Assembly: GCA_964036045.1 (NCBI GenBank)
Contig: OZ038378.1
Span: 156,612,001-156,676,000 of the forward strand
From: Eutreptiella sp. 'Long Island Sound 2002'
Lineage: Eukaryota; Protista; Euglenida
Direction: 5' to 3'
DNA length: 64,000 bases
A program made the position numbers and the translations under genes. Under the pieces are notes generated by a model. That model ran no database searches and was not told the DNA's origin. It saw only the letters and a program-made list of their open reading frames with translations. Below are positions 21,067 to 32,795 of this stretch, one piece after another. Within the stretch, counting starts at the first letter, position 1, and every line of letters begins with the position of its first letter.

Positions 21067-22786
21067 GGCTTATCCCTGCAACACCCCCCCCCGCTGCCCT
21101 TCCCCGTGCGAACATACACCCCAGACGTAGTCGTAGAAAACGACAGTAGTTCACGCAGGCAGACCTGTGTGAAGACGCGGGAGACCGGGCTGGTTCTCAG
21201 GCACTGTGGCAGCGGCGGCTGGGGACAGTTCGCCGAGCGGTTATCAAACCGCTTGGATGCGGTTGGGGCCAGACGGAAGCGGTTGGGGCGGGAAAGACCC
21301 GCAGTTCCGGGGACGAGGGTGCCTAATCCCCTTGAAGCACAAGGCTGAGCGCAGGGATCAGCCCACAGGACCACATTCGCTTGTGCCACGTATGATGACG
21401 CGCTCGCCAGCACCACAGAGGCCGAACATCGCCGCCTGAAACGGAGGGAACGGGATAGCGCATGGAGCGAGCGGGTCTCAGCACCGGAACAACTCGGGTT
21501 GCTCCAGGTGTGCACCGCGTCCACCGTCACAAAGCAATGCGATCGCGGTGCCCACCATCGGCAGCTACAGTCCCCCTCTCTTGGTATTGAGTGACTCGGA
21601 CCCATCAATTGGTCCCCTGCAAAAGCACTTGCACGGGCTGTCATTCAACCCGCAGCAATTGGGGGCCCTCTTACATCTGCGAGCGACGAGGTTACCAGAA
21701 GATGCTCCGGTGGGTGAATGCGTATAAACAGAGCGTCTGCTACAACTCGAGGCTTGCAAAAGGCACTGGCGGTATGAAGGAGAGCTCGCATATTGACCGG
21801 GCCGTATGACTTTCAAAGGAGGGCGAAGAAAACGCACACCAGTCATCTCATCACAAGAAACCAACACCCGGGGGGGCTGTGCAGGGGGGGGGGGGGGGCT
21901 GTGCAGAGGGGGGGGGGCTGCACAGGGGGGGGGGGTGCGCAGGGGGGGGGGGGGGGGCTGCGGAATCGAAACCGGACGGTCTGCCCGGAAAAGCGTTCTG
22001 ACGCCGAAGAAACGGGTGCTCTCAGTCCAGGACCAGGACAGAAGAGCTCCCCCAAGCAAATGATAAGTCGTGACTGCCCCCTCCCCCCCCCCCCCCCGCA
22101 CTACCAGCAAGTCACACATTGGTGAGCCAGCACCCATGGCCTTGTGTGACATTCACGTTGCGGGTTGTGGTGAGCACCTCCCGGCCTGGGGTCTTTGTGA
22201 TGACCGCATCCCGGGCACTGATCAGGCCGTCAGGGGAGGACGCCATGGGCAGAAGTTGCATTCTGGATTCCCCCCCACCCCCAGGCAGGTGGATGCCTGC
22301 GGCAGTGCGGATGCCCGCAGTAGTACGGAGGCCTGCTTGTCATAGCAGAAGGTTCAAAGGCGAGAGGCCAATAGGCGCCGTCACAGGCTAACAGAGCCAA
22401 CCACCAAGGCCTTGTGCCAACCCCCCCCCTCCCACACACACGGGCTTCCACTCGCCTCTCCTCCTCCTCCTCCCGCTCCTCCCCAGGGGGAGGGGGTCCC
22501 AGTGCTCCCGGGGCAGGCGCACGATCAGCGGCCGGGGTCTGCGGCCCTGACAGACTGGGGGAGACAGAAAGGCCCCAGTTTCCGAAGGGAAGAGACATAC
22601 GCGATTGCACCCGCCAACAATCGTTTCAGGAAATGCTCCATCCGCCCCACGGGGGATGCGCATGCGTGCAACGTGATCCGTGCCAGGCCCTACTGGGGGA
22701 CGGACCAGTTGCGAACTCATCCCCTTTATGGCCTTCTTAATCTCTCAATTCTTTACAGCATCGTGCAGCCCCTGTGGCCATGTGGC

Positions 22787-22969
22787 CAGGGATGCATTGG
22801 AAGGGAAGGGGCCTCAGAGGCGGCCCCAGAGGCGGTTAGACAGGCGGTTGGAGGAGGTTGCCGAAGCGGTTGAGGGCGGTTACTGTCGGTTGGAAATGCC
22901 ATTGAAGCTGGCACTAGCCATCAGGGGGACCCTGGAGGGGGGGAGGGGCTACCTCCCCCCCCCTTCCAA
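22787..22969 (+). mobile_element. ~200-bp MITE-like family with GGGATGCATTRGAAGGG ends; other copies at 25885-26099 (+) and 60314-60523 (-)
   Basis: Three alignable copies. The 25885 copy ends CCCCCTTCCAACGCATCCCTG, an inverted match to the family start. Confidence 0.75.
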
Positions 22970-23727
22970 AGCAGCCGGTGGCCGCTGCTGTGCACTGAGT
23001 TGCCCTGCAGGACTGTTGCTGGGATGCTCCAGTTCCGACAAACACTCGATGCACTGGGGCGGTGTTGGAAATACGCAGCGCGGTCGTCCCTATGGCCGTG
23101 CGTGTGCCGGTGCTCCCCAATCGCTCATGCCGCGGCGTGCACCCATGCATGTGAGGGTGGGGTTGGGTACCCCCACAGGGTCTGCAAGATGCCGGAGATG
23201 GGGCCTCGGCCAGACGTGCCACTAGTGTCCGGCAGGGGAACTGGCTGTCGTTTGGAGTCTGCCCCGAACCATGTGTCACTCAGTAATATGGGCTCCTGTC
23301 GCACCCGGAGCTCAGTAGGAACAAGCCGCGTCCAGCGTCGGAATCAGTAGGACCCGGCTCCATCTGATCACGCGTGACCTGGCGGACGCTAGTGGCAAGT
23401 CTGGCCTCGGCCCTGATTCCCAGATGTTGTGACAAAAGGGGAGGGGCACTGCATTTGCAGGTCTCCACTTGTACCGGAGCGAAATGTTGCTTTGAGCAAC
23501 CAAACGCAACGTGTCAAGAATGAGGGCGGGGGGGGGGGGGGGGAGGGACCGGAGGGGGAGGGGTCAGCATTTGGTGAAGGCGAAACGAGCACAGGAACAT
23601 GTCATCGGAGCAATGCATGCAGAGGTTTGTGAGTGAGGCCCTGGAATGCACCCGTATTAAACCTGCAAAGCGTGCAGGAGGGCAGCTTCTCGACCCACGG
23701 GGAAGTGCAAACGAGACGAGAAGAGTA

Positions 23728-24717
23728 CCCCCCCCCCCCTTGTCCAAGCACCGCCAAAGGCACAGAAAACGATGGTTTGACTGGTTCCCCGTATCCCGCT
23801 GCCCTTTTGACACGGGCACAGTATAAGTCGAACAACCATCTGACGGGCGGGACGGGCACACTGTGGAGAAGGGATGCAGTGAGGCCAAACTGGGGTTTCT
23901 GGGGAAACCTGGATTTCACTGGGCAGTGGTGCTTGGATAAGGCCGGTGACTGCGTGCGGCACCCCTGATCGAAAATCCTTTTCAACTCGTAACGTGTCCC
24001 CTAGACCCCAGGGTGTGTCTGGCACAAAAGCAAGGACACATTCAGCACAGCACTGCAGAACTCTGGACTCTGTCAATCTGCATCACAGTTTCTCATGTCA
24101 TGGGCTGATTCAGTGAGAGGGCATTACAACCCAGTGCCCCGCTTGTATCGCATGCGGAACAATTGCACATGCTCTACGGCAGGTTTGGCTGCAGCTTTGC
24201 TGGTGTTGTGTATGGTCTTGTTCCACAGCTGGCGACCTTGGAGAGTCCAGGGGGAAGGGACAGCGATAGGGAACGTTATGTTGACCAGCGGCGCACAGTC
24301 ACGGTGCACCACTGAACCACTCCGCTCATATTTGATGCCGATGACCCTGGCGCCAAGGGGCGAGGGGCCCACAACAACACCATCTGCCATGACCCCAGCG
24401 GACCGCCTGCACTTCAGGGGGTACCCGGGTGGAAGAAGAGACATTCAGGACTGCAGGACAGGGAATGGGAATCTATCCTGAGCAAACAGGTACACAATTG
24501 GGCACTCAAACTGGCACAGCACTGCACAGAACAAACTAAAAACCCATTTTGCACCGTAAAATTGATGGTTCAAAAAAAAAACGACGGTGTCACCGGGTAG
24601 TGGTGCTTGGACTAGGGCGGTGCTTGGCCATAGAACGGTGGAAAGTCCCGCGATAGGTCCCCACCGACAGACCCACGCCCAAGGGGAGTGCTTGGACAAG
24701 GGAGGGCGGGGGGGGGG
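23728..24717. mobile_element. MITE-like element with Cn-TTGTCCAAGCAC TIRs; related to the element hosting the LINE at 35661-42325
   Basis: Left end TA|C-run-TTGTCCAAGCAC; right end GTGCTTGGACAAGGG..Gn|TTA. 24606-24672 is a diverged single copy of the sequence duplicated around the LINE. Confidence 0.55.
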
Positions 24718-25079
24718 TTAGCAATTTGCACCGCCCGGGTAGACGAATGTGGTCTTGCAGGTGATGCCGTGTGTGGGGAACACGCGCTTTGTTCCGCATT
24801 GCTTGGCATGACGCAGCATCGCTGTCATCATTGGTGGTCGTTGTCAAAGGGCCAAGAGCCGTGTGTGCGGTTCGAGATTGGTGCATCCAGGAGCCTGGAA
24901 CAGGGCAGGGAGATGCTGGTAAATCACCGCCTCTGGACAGAAAGTGACCCCCAAAACACCCGGCAACACCGCTGATGGGCGCCGCCTGGTGGTGCATACC
25001 CTCGTGGGTCTGGCTTGCATGAGGGCGAGAAGAAAATTGCTCCAGGGGGTGGGGAGAGCACGGGGGCCCATTTCCCAAC

Positions 25080-25500
25080 CTCCCCCCCTCCTTGTCCGCC
25101 GTGCAGGGAGGGGGGGTTCGGCGCGGGGGGTGCCCTACCTGCCGTGCCAAGGAGGATCAATGGTCGGCTCTGATAGACTGAATGTCCCCGCCATGGACAC
25201 TTTCAGCCATGAGTTCGGTTGTGCAAGGTGCTCAACACAAACAAGGTGTCCCCTTCTTGGTTGGGGTGCTCCACTACCAATAGGGGGGGGTTGGGGGGGG
25301 GGGTCAACCCCAACATGTATGGCTCAAAATGATCCCCACGTCGCGCTGATCATTTTGACTACACATATGTGGGGGAAAATGTGTTGGTGAAAAAAATTAT
25401 CGGGCCAAAATTTGTGTCCCAGCGCCTTCAGCACCAACATCCATTGTTACACAAAACAAAGGGCCCGGCATAGAAGCCCATTTCTCCAACCCCCCCCCCC
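25080..25500 (+). repeat. Dispersed repeat; second, interrupted copy at about 31790-32230
   Basis: Shared GGCTCAAAATGATCCCCACGTCGCGCTGATCATTTTGACTACAC and CACAAAACAAAGGGCCCGGCA..GAAGCCCATTTCT. Confidence 0.75.
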
Positions 25501-27339
25501 ATTCCGCGGGCGCCCCCTGGGAGCACCCTCCCAAGTTCACGGTCCTGGCAACGGCCGCAGGCAAAGCCCATTGACGCAGGGTGGGGAGTGGACACCACGG
25601 GCAGAGGCTGCATACAGCTGCATGGATAAGGCTGCATCCCTGGCCAGTGGTACAAAATCCCGGTATTGCCCACCCACCCCCTTCACGGCAATACTACATT
25701 CTGCAAAGAGCGCCATTGACTTCGCAACACGGGGGAGCATTTGCGCCGCGCGGGCGCCGAGCGCATACCCCGCGCTACTTTTGCGGCGAGTACACCCGGA
25801 CCGGCCTGATTTACCCCCTCCCAAAATGGCCTCAGAAGAGCAAACCAATTGGCCACAGCAATTGATAAGCACCCCCCCACACACGGATGCATTAGAAGGG
25901 AAGGGACCTCAGAGGAGGCCCCAGAAGCGGTTAGACAAGCGGTTGGAGGAGGTTGCCAAAGCGGTTGGGGGCGGTTACTGCCAGTTACAAATGCCATTGA
26001 AGCTGGCACTTGGCGTCAGGGAGACAGTGGCTGGGCGTAGGCTGGGCGCCCTGGATGAGGGGGGTGGGGGGGTACCTCCCCCCTTCCAACGCATCCCTGG
26101 CCGGCCCCTCCTGCACCCAGACATTGCACGATCAAGCAGGGAGCGCATGTCGAGACGTCTGAAAGAGAGCACCATATCTGTGCAAACCGCAACAAACCCC
26201 TCGGTAGCACCGGAAGATTCAACAAATGCAATCAGAAGTGGCTGCGGGCGAAAGCACGGGCGCTTGGTCACGCCGGGCGGCCGAACCTCCGCACCGCGCG
26301 CGCGCCGCGTCAGGTCCCCCCCCCCCCCCCGGAAACATGGCGCTTACAATGCATGTTTGGACGCGCCACGTGTCTGACACGTCTTTTGGCCTGCGGCCTG
26401 TCAATGGTACGCCCCCTCACATCGCAGAAAGAGCCCGGCCTGTGGAGCAGACATGAAGCAGGGCAGAGAAAGAATGGAGCCGCGCAATCAAAGGCCTCCG
26501 TGTTTACTCTCGGAATGCTTTGCCTACAGCGCGCTGCCACCCCTTTCCCCCATTCCCCCTGCCCACTTGACCCGCGGCCATCCCCCGCCATCCGCGCAGG
26601 CACGATGCAGCACCAAGACCACGAGAGCATCGCACGTGGGATTCTTCTTCGGGTAAAGAACCCTCGACAATGCGCCGTGCCGCTCGACCGTCTTTGGGCA
26701 CCCGGGCCTTGTCACGGGGGTCGCGGGGGCAGGGGGGGGGGGGGCGAGGTCCTGCGGGACTGGCAGCCGTTCTGGCACGGCTTTGCGGTCCATGTCCCAG
26801 AACCCGCCGGCCCATGTGCCTCCATCTTGGCTCAGAGAAAGGGGGAGTTGTGTGATGCCCCCCTGCGTATTAGCCTCTGCGAGACACTTAGACTCAGCAA
26901 ATGTGCGTCCAATGTGAGTTTCCCCTTCAGCCCGCTGTCCTGTATCCAGGGGAGGACCCCTTGATCCACAAGGCCAAACTGAGATATGTACACTGGCTGT
27001 CCTGTTCCAGTATTTCGTTTGGCGGCCCATGCGCGTGCGCAACTTCCATTGGGATGAGAAGCTGCTGGTTAGTGTTCCGCGTTCCGCGTACAATTTGCTC
27101 ATTTGGGGACAAACGCATGGACACGCACGGGACTGCAACGAATGTGGCCGTTTCTCGCCTACGTGCCGCGTGACTTTCAAGTGTAGGACAACTGGTGGAG
27201 GGGATATCGCAGGCTAAACAATGCCATCAACATTTACCAGACGTGCAGGATCCTCCTTTTGACGCACATGGATAAAGCCATCACACTCGGCGGTGCGTGA
27301 GCCACTCAAAAGACACCCTTTCACAATACATTCATATAA

Positions 27340-27340
<1 letters not shown>

Positions 27341-27382
<42 letters not shown>
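27341..27382. repeat. (TA)n microsatellite
   Basis: Directly visible imperfect TA run. Confidence 0.9.
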
Positions 27383-29015
27383 ATATTATTATATACGGAT
27401 GTATACAACTATATTTGGGTACTCCACCAGTCGGATGGGCGAGCGATTTGTACTCAGAATTGTGATAAAGAACAACGAAAGTGCCCACCACTGTGGTCGA
27501 AGTTGTGTAAGGAATATCGAAGAACGCTATCGCAGAAAGGGGATCTTGCAGGGAGAATTTGGGAAAAAGTTCGCCATGCACGGGCACTGTTGCGATAGAG
27601 CCGTGCCCATGTGCTTGTCCCGTCAAGCCATCACCTCCCCACAAAAGAACGCGCCAAAAAACGATGAGATGAAGGTCGCGTCTTAGGTCATCGCCAATTC
27701 AGGTCCGTGGGCCAGTATCACAGGGCACAGCTATGGCCTCCCATGACAAAATGAAAAGAACATCCAAGATCCATGACACCTTTGCACTCTTGCACTGCGC
27801 CAGGATCGAGGAATGCCTGTATCATTCGCTCAGAGAGGATCATGGTTGCGCACTACAAAGGGATGGCCACGGAGGCGCGTGAAAACGGGACATGTTTGGT
27901 CCAAAGAGGAACAACAGCGACTTGCGCTGGACCATGCGTCCAGATCCATGTTCATGAGAAAATGCCGCAGACACCGGGCACACGGGGAGGAACACCTCAA
28001 CAATCATCAAAGCACCCGGTTCACAACACCACACGGCCCAGTTCCTGTCACGTGTGCGACAACACTCGGTACCCTTTCAGCCCCCGCAATCCCTTACTTT
28101 GCGGACAGTGCGCAATCCTCGGGTGCGGATATGAGCCGCAATACCATAGGCACGCACTGTGCACGCAGCACGTGGACTGCAGGGCAACAGCACACGCTTT
28201 TGCAATGGAAGAATAATCATTTCTGCACACACTTGGCTGCAGTGAATCTGCTCCGAGGCCCGGTCACAGAATGAGAAGCTGTTCATCCTGCACTTGTTTG
28301 CGTTGCATTCGCGGGCAGCTTGCATGCACAACGCGAGACGGTAGGAGGCTGTGGGAGGGGAGCACCCGCAGCTTACCCCTACGGGGACGAAAGGGAAGGA
28401 GGCCACCAACACTTTTCCATTGAAAAGCGACGGCAGCAGGGCCAAAATGAAAACATCGCCGACGCAAGGGGAGCGATGCTCGACTCCGCCACAGAAAATG
28501 CTCAGCACACGGCGGAACACAGAGTGCAGCCGTTTCAAATTGGTGGTCTGGGGTTTCTTTTCTTTGATGGCGCTTTCGGCCAAAGTCTTTGTGGTGAATC
28601 CTACCCAGCGGCATCCAACACTGATACACGATACGCACGGATGCATTCTGAGAGGGCTGGGGCAGATTCTGCCGAGGCCATCAAATCAGTCACTGGCCCT
28701 TTAAACTGTTGTCCTTTCTTTTCCACTCTTTGTTTCCATTTCTACTTCCTATGGACCACCCTAACGCACTAGTAGGGACTCAGGGCGGCGTTTGTTAGTG
28801 GCCTGTGCATTGGTTGAGTGGTATGGAAGCCTTGGTACTGGCGTTATGGGTCACCGGTCCTGCCCTCCACATGGCCACGTGGCCATAAGCATGTTGGTAA
28901 TTCTGCGTGTGTCGTTGCAAGGGTTTAAATACTGCAGCCTCATTGAGATTTTGTGGCGGCACCCGAGTGTCACTGCAACAGGCGTGGCATATCGGTACCG
29001 GTGGATGCCCTCGGG

Positions 29016-29921
29016 TCAGGGCATCCACAAACCCGCGGCAAACCCATCACCGAGTCCGTCATCAAGACACTGCCGTGCGGCGCCCGCGACGCCGCGCATC
29101 TCCGCGGCCGGCACACCGTCGGGCACCCCGGGGGCTGTGTCGCGCAGGCTCCCGGCCACCGGGTCCGGCAGGGCGTCCGCCGACGTCGGGGTCAAGACCA
29201 GACAGTCGAGCAGCAGCGACGAGTACCACGGGTCCTCGAACGCCGCGGACGACGACGTGAGGCGGGCGTCGCACTCGGCCCCCCCGGGGGGCACCTCCGC
29301 GACCCCGACCACCAAATGGCGCCACTCGTGCGGCGGCAGCGCGCGCCGGACGTCCACCGTCCGCGTCGCGGCGGTCCGGCCGTCCACCGCGAAGGACAGC
29401 TCCAGCACGACCCCCGGGGGCAGGCAGGCCCCCGTGGCCTTCACGTGGAACGCCGCCATCCACCGCCCGCCGGGGACCCGCCCCCGGGCGAACGCCTGGC
29501 ACCCGCCCACGAGGCTCTGCCACATGACGGCCTCCGTCAAGACCCCGTTGTCCCGCAGGTGGAGGGGCCCCGGGAGGTCCGTGTGGACGTCCACGAAGAG
29601 CACCGCGGGCGCCCCCGGCGGGGCCCAGGGGCCGTACTGGGCGTCCGGCACCGGGTCCAGGGCGCGCTGCCGGCCCATCTCGGCGACGAGGAGGGCGCCG
29701 TGCCGCGCGGTGCGGAGGGCCGTGAGCTGCAGGGGGGCCCGGCACAGGGGGCACGGCCCCGCCTTCTCGGCCGCGCTGCGCAGCACCGCGGTGATGCAGG
29801 CGCTGCAGAAGGCGTGGCCGCAGGGCGCCATGACCCGGTCCTTGAACGCCTCCAGGCAGATGCAGCAGTCGCTGCCGTCGTGCAGGCGGGCCAGGGCGGC
29901 GGAGTCGGCGGTCCGGAGCAT
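29016..29921 (-). CDS. RING-finger (C3HC4) protein with putative C-terminal PP2/Nictaba-like beta-sandwich domain
   Basis: GC3-rich ORF with CCIC...APCGHAFCSAC...CPLC. A pyrimidine-rich AG acceptor (29928-29927) lies 5 nt upstream of the ATG at 29921, so this is either the first coding exon or an internal one. The C-terminal W..L.VG...WYSSLLLDCLVLTP resembles the PP2 end motif. Confidence 0.8.
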   Translation of the reverse strand: MLRTADSAALARLHDGSDCCICLEAFKDRVMAPCGHAFCSACITAVLRSAAEKAGPCPLCRAPLQLTALRTARHGALLVAEMGRQRALDPVPDAQYGPWAPPGAPAVLFVDVHTDLPGPLHLRDNGVLTEAVMWQSLVGGCQAFARGRVPGGRWMAAFHVKATGACLPPGVVLELSFAVDGRTAATRTVDVRRALPPHEWRHLVVGVAEVPPGGAECDARLTSSSAAFEDPWYSSLLLDCLVLTPTSADALPDPVAGSLRDTAPGVPDGVPAAEMRGVAGAARQCLDDGLGDGFAAGLWMP

Positions 29922-29998
29922 GTGCTCTGCGAAGGGGAATGGCGGCCAAAAGTTGTGGAACACTTGCTGTTGCCCTGACAGGGGCGCTGCTCTCGCAA

Positions 29999-30330
29999 GA
30001 GGGGGGGGGGGGGGCTGGCACAAGGCCTCGGTATCTGATTGTTTGCCTTTGGCGGCGCCTATTCGCCCTTACACATTCGGACCCTCTGTGGGGCCAAACG
30101 TGTTTTGGTCGTGTCAACGGAGCCCCCGGATGACTTGTTCTGTTTGACTACTCCGGGGGTCGGCCGTCCCGGAGACGGGCTGTGGCCCGTGCCGTTGACC
30201 AGGTGACCCGGGAGGGGGGGGGGGTTGGCACAAGGCCTTGGTAATCGGTTGTTTGCCTTTGGCGGCGCCTATTGGCCTCTCGCCACCGCACATCCTGACC
30301 ATTCTGACGGTATGGGCCTTGCGCTGCATC
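29999..30330 (+). repeat. Gn-TTGGCACAAGGCC...GGCGGCGCCTATT dispersed repeat (two adjacent copies); others at about 31940-32040, 60855-60925 and 22360-22430 (-)
   Basis: Recurrent, alignable motif at five places in the window. Confidence 0.75.
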
Positions 30331-30370
30331 CATCAAACGTAGCATTGTGATGAAACACCAGTGGAACGTA

Positions 30371-30790
30371 CCCTCCCCCCCCCTTGCAAACTCCCGGGTT
30401 AGCGCGCGACGGTCTCCCGGGTGGGGGGGGTGGAGACGGTCGCCAAGTGACGGTCTCCCGGGGGGGGGGGGGATTGCAAGGATATTTCAAGGCAAACTGC
30501 GGTACCCTCCACTGATGCAAGCAAAGAGAACATAAGGAAAAGTAATACCTAAATCCGCCTTTGTGGAGAGAGAATATCACAGAACACACACAGGTGCTTG
30601 ATTTGAAGTAATGGGAAAGCAATGCAAGGCCATGCGTAAAGCAGATGGGCAACACAAACCAGCACAATACATGTTAACCAGCAAAACATGGAAGTGACGG
30701 TCTCCGGGGGGGGGGATTGCAAGGGGGGGGGGGGGATTGCAAGGGGTGGGAGTTTGCAGGGGGGGGGGGATTGCAAGGGGGGGGGGAGGG
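30371..30790 (+). mobile_element. MITE, Cn-TTGCAA TIR family, TA-flanked (second copy)
   Basis: TA|CCCTCCCCCCCCCTTGCAA ... TTGCAA-Gn-AGGG|TA. Confidence 0.85.
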
Positions 30791-32259
30791 TAGTCCTAAC
30801 ACCAGACGTGCCACTGATGTCCACCACTTGAGACACGCGCGTATGGGGCCGGGTCTTACAGGGCTGTCTGACACACACGGTGGGTTCCGAAGGGGGTGTG
30901 AACAAATGTCATGGGGGGACGGGTCTTGTTGAGGGCCATACAGGAAAGGGGGAAATTGTCGCGCCAAGTCAAAGTCGCGGTGGTAAATTTCGCTGTGGGA
31001 AATTTCGCGGAACCCCCGGTTGAGTGTATCACCACCCGCTAGAGTCCACAGTGTGTACTGCTGGTGTGCGAGAAATTCGCAGAGAACCCGGAATTTCGCG
31101 TGGGAAATTCCGCGGTCAATTTGAAACGCGAAATTGAAGTGCCACGAAAATCCCCCCCCCCGTATGGCACAGGGTGAATTCTCATACCCCCCCCCCTATG
31201 GCACAGGGTGAATTCTCGTACCCCCCACCCCCCCCCTGCGGATGGTGTGGATGGGCCGGAGCAGGAGGCGGGTCGGGCACCAGCGGAGGGCACATGTGCA
31301 GGGGCATGGGGGGCACCGCTGCCGACGTCGCCCCGTCCGATCAAAGGCGGACCCCCCCCTCCAACGGACGCACGTGCGGCCCTGTGCATCGGCGCACGGG
31401 CACGGGCTGCGGCAATGCAGCGCTGTGACCGGGAGGCGCTGGCAGGCGACACGCTGCGCTGTGCACTGGGGCATGGGCGCCGGCAGGCGGGCTACGCCCG
31501 TGCTCTGGCGCACAGGGTGACTCGCCTGACCGTACTTGTCGCTACCTTCGACCACGCTGGCACCCGTTGCACAAGAGGGGGAAGGGGGGAGCATTGAAAT
31601 GCAACCATCATTTATGCCTTGGGCCTAGTGCAGTCTTGAGATTCTGTACAAACTGCACCGCCAACAATTCGGTGGGGCGGGGGGGGGCGGGGCCGCTAAT
31701 ACCCCTTGGGAAGGTTTGCATTGAGGTGACACGTGCGCCGCCCCGCGTGCTGGGTCCCCCTGGGTCCCCCTGGGCCCAACACCCCCCCCCCTCCTTGGTC
31801 GCCGTGCCGGGAGGGGGGGTTTGGGCCGGGGCTGCCCTACCTGCCGCGCCGGGGGGGGGGGGGGGGGCGTCGAACCCCAACATCTGCGGCTCAAAATGAT
31901 CCCCACGTCGCGCTGATCATTTTGACTACACGTTTGTGGGGGGGGGGGGGTGTTGGCACAAGGCCTTGGTCTTGGTGGTTGGCTCTGTTAGCCTATGCCG
32001 GCGCCTATTGGCCTCTCGCCCTTGAACCTTCTGCTATGACAAGCACAGGATTTTCGGTGGAAGAAGCTTTTCGGTCCAAAATTTGTGTTCCGGCGCCTTT
32101 AGCGGCAACATCCGTCCTCACACAAAACAAAGGGCCCGGCACGGAAGCCCATTTCTGGAATACCCCCCCCCCTCCATCAGCGGGTGCCCATGCCATCCCC
32201 CCCCCCCCCCCGGCAAAGCAATGTTCGAGTCGCCAAGAAAATGTTGGACCTGAAGTTTC

Positions 32260-32795
32260 ACTCGGCGGCGATCGATGAATCGTGGAGCTCGTGCCCGAGG
32301 CCGAGGAACGGCGGGAGCCGTCCCCAAAGGGCCCAACCGCAGTCATGGGGGGCTCGAACGACGGGCGGGCGCTTTCGGGGGGACTGGGCAACTCCACGTG
32401 CCTTGCGCCGGAGCCCATGTGCAGACTGTTCCGGGCGGCCCCCCGTCGCAGGCAGAGCCCGCGGAGGCAAAGGCTGGCGATGTAGAGACACGCGTGGACG
32501 AGGCCCAAGCGGTAGCCGCCCACGACGAGCGGCGGGACCACCGTACACAACTGCGCGAGGGCCACAAGGCATTGGGTGCCGACGGTCGAGTCCGATGTGC
32601 TGCTGACGAAGCATGCGCCCCATCGGAGGGCCAGCAGCGTGCTGAAGCAGAGGCAGAACAGCCCGGCCACGATGTACACGAGCAACACGGTGGCGGTGGA
32701 GGCCCGCGTGAACGTCACCAGGCCCCCGAACTCCTTCTGAAGGAACTGCGCCGTCGCGTCGGCGAATCCGAGCGGCCTTGCGTGGTCGCTCTGGC
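32260..32795 (-). CDS. Exon of a multi-pass membrane protein of unknown function (3' boundary uncertain)
   Basis: Acceptor ...GTCGCCCAG| with exon start at 32795. GC3-rich frame with hydrophobic segments TVLLVYIVAGLFCLCFSTLLAL and CLVALAQLCTVVPPLVVG. Confidence 0.6.

Noticed and set aside
27773-28274. Cys/His-rich plus-strand frame (CHVC...CGQC...C...H...C) resembling a PHD-like finger
   Set aside because: Spacing is irregular and there are no supporting splice sites or flanking domains; possibly an old TE remnant.
28953-30117. Overlapping 341-451-aa ORFs on both strands over the RING gene, and similar ones over 50.1-50.8 kb
   Set aside because: Shadow frames of GC3-rich coding exons.
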